A DNA stretch of 64,000 bases from Iphione sp. A-MEVVRFRX5 (lineage: Eukaryota). Positions 23,664 to 34,074 of the stretch are shown here, one piece after another; the stretch's first letter is position 1; each line of letters begins with the position of its first letter. The notes beneath the pieces were generated by a model. That model did not search any database. It was not told the DNA's origin and worked only from the letters and a program-made list of their open reading frames with translations. The translations under genes were made by a program, and so were the position numbers. The stretch spans positions 93,496,001-93,560,000 of the forward strand of contig OZ320317.1 in NCBI GenBank assembly GCA_976226885.1. Direction: 5' to 3'.

Positions 23664-25107
23664 TCATGGCATGTTCCTTATGTAATTCGACATTGCTTTT
23701 CTGTCAGCCAACTTGGTAGCACCTAAATACAGCTTCATAGCTTGAACAGATCTATGACCTGTGATTGACTGTTTCTTATCGCATGAATATCCAGCATGGT
23801 CCAAAGAGGAAACCACAGTTTGCCGGATGCAGTGGTTTGTGTAATGTTTTGAAAGGTTTGCCTCTTTGGACATGCTGGACATCATATTGTTCAACGTGTT
23901 TATTCCTAAGACCTGATTATCATACCAGATTCCGTCCACCTCGAATTTTACTTTCGGCCTCTGAAAGAAAGCTGCATTACTTTGGTGAAGTTTTCCCATG
24001 TACTTTTTGAAGTGTCTAACCTGGCAGTCAGCAGGGTTCTTTGTATTCGAATACATTATTTTCTTCGTATCATCTTTGTCATCGCGATTACCTTGTCTAG
24101 TTTTTTCATGTTCATGGTGGGACATTGTAACATATTCCACCCCTTGACTATCCTCCTTGACAACAAAGGAATCTCTACACAACCCTCTTAAGCCTTCTTG
24201 ACCCCTCCTCCCGAAATGAAGCATTAGCTCAAAGAACACATGTCATTGTAAGCCTTTGGGGTCATCTGTAAATAATTCAACATACATTTTCTTAACATCC
24301 TCCTCCTCGATCATTGCTTTGTGGCTAGTCTTGTCCAACCCTTCTTTTTTAATTTTACACATATAACCTTCATAATTAAGGTTGGCCTGCTTAAAAAACG
24401 CATCTTTTGTAATGTCAAATGTCCTGCAATAAGGCGGATTTACTAAATGGCATTGCAGGCCTGACCTGAGATTTCTTAGGGCGCTCTTCGAGTACAGTCA
24501 GCCATCTTTTGTTCTGATCAATGTATGAGCACCTCATCCTCCATAGATTTGAATTCTGCTACTTCACCCACTGCAATGAGCCATTCTGCAATTAGAATTT
24601 GATTTTTGTAAGTCCCTTTCTGTCAAATATGCAACGAAATTCAAGAAACACCCATGGAAATTTTTTAGGAAATTGACCATATTGAACCTCTCCAAAAAAT
24701 AATATATTTAACCCTTGTATTTACCTGTAAATAAGCATACAGCCCAACGTGTCTGGGCTTCGGTGGTTGCCGAAATTCTGTTTTTCTTCATGGCATCTAC
24801 CTCAGATTCCACCGGATTCAAGAAACAGCTGTTGCCATCAGTTGCACCTTGCTCTATGTTCGTCTTGTTAGCGCAATCTGAAAAACGCATAAATCGGTCT
24901 TAAGGGGGTTTTTTTGTTGTTTTTCATATAAACTGTATTAATGCAAGCAATTCCAGTTATTTCAATTTTTTTCTTAAACTTATACGTACCAAACAAATCC
25001 ATCATGTCCCTATCAAAATCGCCAAGATCAGTGGCTTCTTCGAAATTAGCTGCAGTGAGCTGTTCGGCTGATGCGGTAACCTTTTCATCTGTGGCTACAT
25101 CCACCAA
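23664..25107 (-). mobile_element. Crypton tyrosine-recombinase element, copy 2
   Basis: ORF 23664..24239: LHFGRRGQEGLRGL...FFQRP...WYDNQVLGINTL...YTNHCIRQTVVS...ITGHRSVQAMKLY; upstream fragments at 24240-24600, 24708..24890 and 24868..25107. Confidence 0.9.
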
Positions 25108-26190
25108 ATCACAAAAATCAATTTGGAAAAATTGTGGCCTGTAGATAGATACGATCCTTTATAAGGAATCCTTAAAATAAACCAACTGATCCATTGTGAA
25201 TGCTCCCATCTTGGCAGACAGGAATTAATGAACGCCTTTTTTAATACCACGTGGTTGAAATCGACCAATCGTTGTGTGTTATTATGTAAACATCCGGTTC
25301 CATTTGTTTACTTCCTGTTTACGCTTGTTTGATATGTCAACTCGAAAATGGCGTTTTCTAATTTTTTGGGAGCTTCACCCTTTACTAGCATACATTTCAA
25401 TTGAAGGTGTCATTAAATCACATCACAATTTCCACTTTATTAATTTTTAAAAATGTATTTTTCATTTTTTCCGTCTTTTTCTTCCTGAATCGAGAGGTGC
25501 GGCAGCCATTTTAAATGCTTCATTTTAGAATGTTTTCGTACAAACTATTTAAGCCAATACATTTTCATTTTACATATTCTTGCCCGTGTTTAGGTCGCAT
25601 CAGACCAAAACATGCCTTTGGTAATGCTGGGAGATAGGACGATCATAGCCAGCCATGTTAGAACACAGATTTACTTTTACACTTACATTGTCATAACATG
25701 GTTGATGATTGGAAACATGAGCCATCTACATTTGTGTTATTTTCCAAGCAAATGTGCAAAAATACATGAAATTTACTGCTCAGTGCCCGTTATTATATAC
25801 ATATTTCAAATATTTGCCATAATGACATCTAAATATATATAATTCCTGTACATGATTTGTATAATCTATATGAAACACGGTTAGAAATATTGCATGAAGG
25901 CAATGCTTTTAAAATGCAATTACATACAAATCTTGTCTGATTTTGAGGTATCCCACCTTTTGTTAACATGACTATTTGTATCTACTAACTGTAAGAAGTT
26001 ACAATACAATTCTTGTAATGTAAATGCTGAAAAGTATCTTAACATGTTTCTTTAAAAATTTGTTAAGTACAAGCGTCCACTTGACGTAAGAATTTGACTC
26101 TGGGGTGCAGTGGCGATGGCATATGCAGGAATTCTTTTTGAACTAGATGTATACAAGGGAAGCAATGTTGTAAGCCTCTGCTGAGTCAGA

Positions 26191-26940
26191 TTAGGAACTG
26201 TTAACAAGGAACGGTTCAAAATTGGACAACATGCTGCAAATGAACCAAATCTGATTGAATTAAGTCATCCCAACAATGTCGACCTTATTTGTTATGATCT
26301 TGAAGTTTTTGATTCTTGTGATCATCTTCTCCACTGACACAGGATACTGGGCGATTTTAGTTGTTAGGCGCACCTCACTGTTAGTTAGTTGAATTGCACT
26401 GGATGCTCGTGGTGGTATATTGAGTCTTAGGCCCAATTCTTCTATTTTGTCATGTATGGTAAAGCCCTTATTGGCCATGAACCCGTCACGTTTGTTGATG
26501 AACCCAGAGTCCATGTGGGCTTTCACAAGATCGTAAAACCTGCACTCCTTCGTTAGTTGTTTGTCAGATACGCTACCTGAAAAAAGGTACATGATTGCTC
26601 CTCTTGGATCACAGACTATCAGCCCTTTTAGTGTTAGAGCAGGCGTGTACTCAGAGAACACCTGAGACTGACATAACATGGATCTGGACTTCTGTATTCT
26701 GATTTCACTGTCGTCTGGTATCACTAACGTTTCTGGGAAATCTCCCTTTTCTAGCATCTTCTTAATAATCCCATCCCTGTGTGGCCAAAAGCAAATCTCA
26801 ATTAAACAGAAATACATGAAGGAAATCCAGCTTGTAAAGATGAGTGATGAGTCCCGAGGTGAGATATTAAATTTGAAGGCCAGATCCTTGCAGTTGACAT
26901 ATATTTCATTAAATTTTTACAAAATTTACATAAATTCATA
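26191..26940 (-). pseudogene. ISL2EU-type (DDE_Tnp_4/Harbinger-related) transposase, 5' part cut off at PLE-B
   Basis: DLAFKFNISP...FTSWISFMY...WP...IPDDSEIRIQK...SGSVSDKQLT...MANKGFTI...LNIPP...IAQYPVSVEKMITRIKNFKII...QIWFICSMLSNF. Confidence 0.85.
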
Positions 26941-27019
26941 CTGACTGTGGAATAGCCAATCCAACTCCAAGATGTTCTATGTTTGGGATTTTATTGTGAC
27001 TTATGCATTGAGTAGACTG

Positions 27020-27060
27020 ATGCGACGTTTCGTCCCTTTCACTGGGACTTCATCAGGCAA
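27020..27060 (-). ncRNA. Minimal type I hammerhead ribozyme (HHR5)
   Basis: Reverse strand TGC-CTGATGA-A-GTCCC agtgaaa GGGAC-GAAA-CG-TC-GCA; 5-bp stem II, GUC triplet. Confidence 0.9.
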
Positions 27061-27393
27061 AGTGACCAAAACATATGCTGACATTCATAATTTCAACTTT
27101 TTCCCTGGTAACGGTTGCCAGGTAGTGTGTATGACTTGTAACAAGTGATCTGATTGGTTGAAACAAATTCATTGTAAAATTTGTACTAATTACTGTTAAC
27201 GGATCAAATAAATTGGTAAATTTAATCTACAATTGCTGTCTTATAAGGCTATATTCACGTGGAACATCTATGCTGGTTTGAATCTGGAATAGAACACTAA
27301 AATGATTCTGGAACGGTAATAATGATGGATAGACCCACACAAGTATATTTCATTAGTTGTGGGGTAAATTACTGAGTCCTTCATGAGAGTGTC

Positions 27394-27927
27394 TTATAAT
27401 ATTGACCTGGCATAAAGAAAGTTTAAAAAATCTGCATATAGTTCATCATCAAGTTCTGATAAAATTAGCAATAAACCCCTCAGTGCTCTGTCCCCCATAC
27501 GAGGATAAGGGTTAGGAGGCAGCGGACGTGGAAAGCCTACAAAATCCATTGTCTCTGTCTGAGCATTCTTCATCATGGGGGCTGTCTGTTTGTGTTTGCT
27601 GGTGTAATATGCAGGTATGGTCTGTACTCCCACGCCATTGGTTGATATGATAGAGGTGCCACTGCTCGAGGAACTGTCTGTACTGTTGTCATGTTTCGAA
27701 CTCCCACTTGAATTTGAACTGGAGCTGGATGAATCATCAGCTCCTGGAGTCTTGGGTGTGGTAGTCTTGTCGTTGGTGACTCCATCCTTGTTTTCGACAT
27801 CCTTCCTGTCCGGTGGGACATCGTCGTCACTGGATATATCAAAGTCTTCTGACAGAGCAATGTTTAGGTCAACCGTCACTGTATTCTTCTTTGGCTGATG
27901 GTCGTCTATATCATCTTGAAATTGCAT
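27394..27927 (-). CDS. PLE-B accessory ORF3, 177 aa, acidic/Ser-rich with C-terminal amphipathic helix
   Basis: Intact ATG ORF; C-terminus DRALRGLLLILSELDDELYADFLNFLYARSIL has the same hydrophobic register as ORF3 of PLE-A and PLE-C. Confidence 0.7.
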   Translation of the reverse strand: MQFQDDIDDHQPKKNTVTVDLNIALSEDFDISSDDDVPPDRKDVENKDGVTNDKTTTPKTPGADDSSSSSSNSSGSSKHDNSTDSSSSSGTSIISTNGVGVQTIPAYYTSKHKQTAPMMKNAQTETMDFVGFPRPLPPNPYPRMGDRALRGLLLILSELDDELYADFLNFLYARSIL

Positions 27928-27948
27928 TGGCGGGCTGACTACCCCTAC

Positions 27949-28514
27949 TTAGTCACAGTCCACCGCCTGGGTGGTACTAGTTGTGGGCGGATCTTCATAT
28001 AAGACTCTCACAGGTGATAACAATGATTTGGTATCAGTAGTTAAATGTTCATTCAATTTATAGGCTACGCATTGTAATGTCATTTTGGTACTTAGATAAT
28101 GTTCATCAGCTAGCGGTGTGGAACTGCATATAGGTGAAGGCAGAGTTGAGCCATGGTTTACATAATCGACTATCACCGTGGCCAGATCCTTCTCATTTTG
28201 TGTTAGTTGTACTGTATTGATGGCATTCATTCTTCCTAACCTGGCCTTCTTCCCAGCTGGTTCTAGAAGGGGGTTGTCTAAGCCTCTTGCTTCTAGTCTT
28301 GGATCGAACTGGACTGTATCCTTCTTCTTGTTTGAGTGAATATTTCGAATATGGCGAAGTAGAGTGGCCCTTGAGGCTGTGTTTTTCCACATAGCTTGCA
28401 GTTACATTTCGTGTCCGATGATGTGTGTTTTAGTGTTATATGTCGTTTCAGAGAGCGATCTCCATAGAATATTAGTTTGCATTCAGGGCACATAACGATA
28501 TTGTCCTTGTCCAT
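27949..28514 (-). pseudogene. PLE-B accessory ORF2, two C2H2 zinc fingers, one frameshift
   Basis: CPECKLIFYGDRSLKRHITLKH and CKLCGKT/(fs)SRATLLRHIRNIH across ORFs 28293..28514 and 27949..28392. Confidence 0.78.
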
Positions 28515-28519
28515 GTTAT

Positions 28520-28610
28520 TGCCGGCGGACGTCTGCAGTTACAGTGGACACAATGTTAATGTTCAAACTGGTTGCTAGGTGACGTGATGGCATGGCATCA
28601 TGACATCATG
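28520..28610 (-). promoter_or_regulatory. Putative internal promoter (RFX X-box plus CRE-like sites) upstream of the ZnF ORF
   Basis: GTTGCTAGGTGAC 28571-28583, TGACGTG 28580-28586, TGACATCA 28601-28608. Confidence 0.35.
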
Positions 28611-28693
28611 TTGAAGGTCAACAGTTTTGGCGCCAGGCTCTGTCTCGGATTCGGGTGTCGTGTCCTATGTCTTATGTTGTGAGTCTCAGTGTT

Positions 28694-30197
28694 CTATTCC
28701 CTGATGTTCAGACCAGTGGGCCGATAAGTGCCCAATACACGTATCCATGCTTCTTCTAGTCGAAGTCTGGTGTTCAGAAGTGTTCCTGTAGTATCGAAAT
28801 GTTGGATTCTAACGTTAGAGATTGTGCAAGGGTGAGTGTTGAAGTGAATGGCTACAGGTTTGATGATGCGGTAGTTGCGAACATCGCCTAAGTGTTGCAA
28901 CAGTCTGGTGTGTATGCTGTTGCTAGTCTGACCTATGTAGATTCTACCACAATTTTTGCAGGAAATAGCATATACCACATTTGTGGTATCGCATGTGGCA
29001 TGTCCAACCGTGTGTACAAGCTGGTTGGTTTTTCGGACTTTTTATAGTCTTAGATTAAATGATCCGGTGACAGGTGCTGCATCCTCTTTGACATTTGTAA
29101 GTACCTGGTGCCTTCCTTAGATAGGGGAATTCTGATTTTGTAAGTATGTCTCTCAAGTTAGCCCCCTTCCTAAATGCTACCAGCATCCTGTGTTTGAGAA
29201 GTTCTGTGTTGTGGTGCGATGTGGACAGAATTGTTCTGGCTTGATTCAAGGAGTCTCGAACATAATGTTCATCTCTTCTTTAGTATTGAATGATGAAGGG
29301 GATCACTGGGGTGTCTTCCTTGTGTTTGGTTTGCAGGAGTTCTGTCCTTGATATCTTCGCAACTTTTTGGTATGTGGATAGGAGCAGTTGATTCCAGTAA
29401 CCTCGGTGTTTGAAGTAGCCTAGCATTCTCCGAGCTTCTTGGTCAAAGTGTTTTCTGCTGCTACAGATCATTTTGATTCTTAGCAATTGACTGTATGGGA
29501 TAGATCTGCGCTGGTTGCTTGGGTGGTGTGAGGTGTAGTGTAAGTAGAGGTGTGCATCTGTTGTCTTGCAGTAGAGCTTAGTCTTCACTCGGCTGTCCTC
29601 CCCTCGGTAAACCGTGGTATCCAGAAAGTTGATACTCTCCTTGCTGTGTTCCTCCGTGAACTTGATTGACGGATGTTGAGTGTTCAGATATTGAATGAAT
29701 TTGTGGTACTCGTCTTCCGGTCCTGGGTGTATCATAAAGACATCATCAATAAATCTGAGCCAGGTCTTCGGTTTGGTGGGTGCATTTCTGAGGAGGTCTG
29801 ATTCTAATTTCCCCATAAACAGACTGGCATATGTCGGGGCCGTTGTAGTTCCCATCGCTGTCCCTTTTATTTGTTGGAAGTATCTATTGTTGAATTTGAA
29901 GGTATTCTTAGTGAGTATTAGCAACATCAGACTTAGTATCATCCATGTATGTGGTTCGTCAGTGGTTCTGCTTAATAGTTTCTCCTTGGCGGCCAAAATG
30001 CCTTCACGATGGGGTATGTTTGTGTACAGGGCACTGATGTCAACAGTTGCCAGGATGTCCTGTGGTTCTAGTTCGATGTCTTGTGTTTTGTTTATAAAAT
30101 CTTTGGTGTCTTTTATATAACTAGGTAGTGCGGGAACGAATGGTCTGAGTACTTTGTCTACATATTGGAATATTAATTTGGTTGGACAATTACCCAT
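28694..30197 (-). pseudogene. PLE reverse transcriptase plus GIY-YIG endonuclease, 5'-truncated, frameshifted
   Basis: DISALYTNIP, GTAMGTTTAPTYASLFMG, WLRFIDD, INFLD, YLHYTSHHP...SIPYSQLLRI; then VVYAISCKNCGRIYIGQT...RLLQH...RLRLEEAWI. Confidence 0.95.
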
Positions 30198-30329
30198 AAT
30201 ACAGTTTGGTCAGTTTTTATAAAATCAGCTAAATTTTGTACACTTCTTAAAGACTTGTACTGTTTATTTATCCTAGAAGTAGAAATCTAAACATTACTTG
30301 AGCCTCTTAAGCCTGCAGGCGGTCTGGAA

Positions 30330-31990
30330 GGAGTTAACCTGAAATACTCTGCTGGCGCTGAACCCAGAATATAGATCGGCCAGATTAAAACCACCATCAG
30401 TGATATCTTGAATTAAAACATGTTTCTGAATCTTAGCCAGTTTTTAATTCCAAGTAAATTTACTAATAATAATATTAACCCCAGAACAAACTTTGGAGGG
30501 AACTTGAATAACTGACATCATGTATAGGAGTCTTGATAATAACAGGGAATTTACAATTGTTATATTACCCTTGAGTGTAAGCGATCTATATTGCCACCGC
30601 TGAGTTAGGGATCAAATTGTATTGATATGTGGTAAATAATTAAGTAAGTAGTGAGTATCCTCATTAAAAGATTGCAGAAACCATATACCTAGGATACAAA
30701 TGGGAGATACTACCTGTACATTAAATAATGGATCGGGGGTAAATACATATGAGCCCATGGGTAGAATTTGGGACTTTTCTAGGTTGACCTTTAGAATAGA
30801 TATTTGATGAAACGCTGCTAATATATTGTATATTTCATTAAGATCAGGTTGACCAGATATAAATACCGTATTATCATCTGCGTACTGTATGAGTTTGTAT
30901 GATGTGTGTCCCATTTGAGCTCCAGTAAACATATTTGATGATCTAATCATATATAATAGTACCTCAACAACAAGGGTAAACAATTAGGAGAAATTGGACA
31001 TCCTTGGTGAACACCACATCAGATGGAAAGATACTTTAAAGTAAAACCAGCATTAAAAAACACAACATTCAGCTCCAGTATACAAAGAAACAATGAATCA
31101 ATTGAGATGAAAAACGTCAATGAGGAAATTCTATGATACACTGTTGAATGCCTTTTCAAAATCTAGAATACGAATAGCATCTGATAAATTCAATTTGTTA
31201 ACATAATGAGATATACCATGAATTAGTTTATAGTGTATAGTTCTACCAGGTCAGAAGCCAGTTTGATAGGGAGATATATATTGATTAATGCCCTTTTAAG
31301 TCTGGTCGCCAATGTTTTTACTACAACTTTATAATCTGTATTGAGAAAAGGAATGGGGTGCCTATTTCCAAAATACAATTTACTTTTATGAGACTTCGGG
31401 AGAAGAGTAATCAATGCTCTATGTTGTCCTATGCTAATTTTACCAGATTCAAATACTGCCTGAAAATTAGCTAAGAAGAATGGGGATAAAATATGCCAAC
31501 ATTTGAGATCAAATTCCCTGTTGATACCATCGCTACCTGAGGATTTATTGGGTGCCATAGCTTGAGTAATTTAGAAAAGTTCATCAGTCATGATAGGGGC
31601 ATCAACGTAATCATTATCAATTTCCATGACCTGAGGTAATTCCATATATTTAAGTTAATTGATCTTCCTTAACCGAAAAACAGAATACAGATTACTAGAG
31701 AAATCACACTGATGTAGCAGTTCTTTAGGGTCAGTAATAACTTCATCTTGCTTGTTTTTGAGGATAGAAATAGGCTTTTCTTTAGCATGCTTCTTCAATA
31801 AACGAAACGCCAGTAGGCCTTTCTCCAAATGATACCCATTTTGCCTTTGATCGTAACAGTGCGGCACATGCAACAGAATTTTCAATTTCTAGTAAATTTG
31901 CCCTGGGCTTGGGGAGTCTCACACATCTACCATCTGAGTGTCTGGCTGCAACCGTTTTTTCTTTTTCTTCAATGATACCAAGCAATATTA
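30330..31990 (-). mobile_element. L1/Tx1-clade LINE ORF2 remnant
   Basis: KSSGSDGI...ITLLPK...LNTDYKVVVKTLATRLK (31223..31558), LFTLVVEVL...QYADD...KVNLEKS (30612..30983), GEKPT-like GERPTG. Confidence 0.88.
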
Positions 31991-31995
31991 AGTAA

Positions 31996-32230
31996 TTAAA
32001 TAATGCATAGTAATCCCTTCTCCCAAATTACACTTACTTCATCAACTAGCTTTCCAATACTGTTGATTACTTGATCCACTAATGTATTGGAGGAAAGGTC
32101 ATTTCCCCCAATGCAAAAGCTTACATGCTTTGCATCGGCAACAAGCAGTCCCTGGATAGAGGGGTTTGTCACCATGGGGCTGCTTATGTCAATAAACACT
32201 GAATCCCCCACAGGTGCAGTCATTTGTATG
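31996..32230 (-). pseudogene. SGNH/GDSL esterase-like fragment (retroelement ORF1-type)
   Basis: VGDS block-I and IGGND block-III motifs in ORF 31996..32301. Confidence 0.5.
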
Positions 32231-34074
32231 GAGAGAAAATAAAGGAATAAATATCTAACATTTGTAAAGTACATATAGTAAACAAATGATTTTACATACA
32301 AGATGTATTTTTATCTTTTAAGGTAGCAAATTTGCTTATACTTCAGAATACTGACTTTTTGTATGTCTGCATCCCTTCCTTCATGGGTCTTCTTATGACA
32401 AAGGTATCATGCATGGTGGTAGTTTCATGTTTTAACTTACTAATGCAGTGTGATACTATTCAGTCCAAACAAATAGACATTATCCAAAAAAGTTATACTT
32501 TACATTCATTCCATGAAATAACAGTCGAGACTTCCCTAGCACTCTGCCTTAAAACTTCACATAATTTTGGTTTTGAAGTAAATGAGCCAGAAGCACCAAC
32601 CTAGCTCCCCTGGCATGGACACAAGTTCTACCTACAATACCTAAAAATAGTAATACTGCCTTATCACACACTGCACTATACCAGTTACATGATCAAGACG
32701 AGCCACTGTTGACATGAAGGGAGAATGCGATGTCAATAGTAAGCATTGGAAAAAAAAGCTAAATTTCATTAAAAATGGTTAAGAATTTGAAAACCAATCA
32801 CACATCATATGTGACAGTCACTTGACAAAATGACAATATGTTATGTTCTCTTTATCTGCACCTGATGACCTCCCTTTCTCTACCATTTCCAGCTTAGTCT
32901 TGCTATATGTGACTTTGCATGATTTATGCTGCACTGCTGTTTTGTATAGGATCTCTTCTATGCTTTCAACATCAATGGAGCAGTTTAATTTCAATGACCA
33001 AGGAAGTTGGTTAAGCTGCAACACCCTTCAGATTCTGTGCTAATGTCCTGAACCCAGCTTCTCTGTCCTATTTAAACATGCAGGGCAGATGAAACTCCCT
33101 TTATTACCTTTTGAGTGATAAAACATCATAATTAGTGTATTTTAACCTAACTCAAAGGACTTGCGGAAGGGCTCTTTCATAAATGCCCACATTGTCCTGG
33201 ACACTGCTCCATTTTTATCCACTGGGACAGGCAGTAATTATCTCCACAAGCTTAGGATACCACCACCAAACTATACCTTAAGGTGACTGACCATAAGAAA
33301 TTAGCAAAGAGGCGAATGAAGATGTAGAGAAATGATGTGGCAAATTATAGAGTGCCATAATGTATGTAATACATGTTCAAGGGACAGCTTCAAACAATTG
33401 ATACATAACTAGGTCTGGTACCAGAAGTTCTCCACCACTATGTTTTATTTTATTATCATTATTAAATTCACAATCATGATATTTCATTTTAAAGAACTCA
33501 ATGATTCTGCAGTAATTTGGATGAGTAGAATTTGTAAAAAATTATCAATAAGACAGTTTAGATATGGAAACAATATTGTTTGTAATACTTTCAAGATGTA
33601 AATTACAACACTGTTTGATTTTACGTACACAAGTGGAAGTATGTATTGAAAATGTACAGTTGCATAGGACATTTCAACTGATGTTCGGTAACACCCAGTT
33701 TGACATTGGCAAAATCTGTAACAAAATAAGTCCAATCTGACTTACAAGATAGATAGCATCTCCACTGTACGTGACACTCCATCTTGGTTTCCTTCAATAT
33801 ATTTAAAATACCTGTTTTCTTAGATGGCCGAGAGCTCCAGAGGATTTTGGAATATGAAACCATGGTGGATAATCTCTATTCTCCACTCTTTCATAGTTCC
33901 AGGGCGCTGTGGTTGCAGGTTATTGCTATGAGGTGGCCCCCTCTGGTGTCTTGTAGGTGAGCTGGGCTGGGTGACGCTTCAGCCAAGGTAGTTGGCTTTT
34001 GAAAATTACCTCTGGAACCTCTCTGGGCACTCCAGATTACCACCTAACCTTGAATTTCCCCCTTTGCTAATCAT

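Larger units (their letters stand above)
26945..30200 (-). mobile_element. PLE-B: Neptune-like Penelope element with RT, GIY-YIG and two accessory ORFs (decayed)
   Basis: Co-oriented RT, GIY-YIG, ZnF ORF, ORF3 and hammerhead; ends approximate, no TSD found. Confidence 0.9.

Noticed and set aside
27545-27570. KNAQTE in PLE-B ORF3 as a dynein light chain (LC8) binding motif
   Set aside because: Short motif, absent from the A and C ORF3 proteins; chance occurrence is likely
10072-29695. Hydrophobic-looking plus-strand ORFs 10072..10413, 11603..11860, 11607..11984, 27617..27898, 29695..30120 as membrane proteins
   Set aside because: They are antisense shadows of the acidic, low-complexity or RT ORFs on the minus strand
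26940-30210. Target-site duplication for PLE-B
   Set aside because: No matching repeat found at the two approximate ends; the right flank appears replaced by unrelated L1/Tx1 sequence
32818-33043. Segment LPWSLKL...IEEILYKTAVQHKSCKVTYSKTKL as an Academ-like transposon fragment
   Set aside because: Only a short HxxCxxxY-type motif recalled from large DNA transposons; too little to name a family
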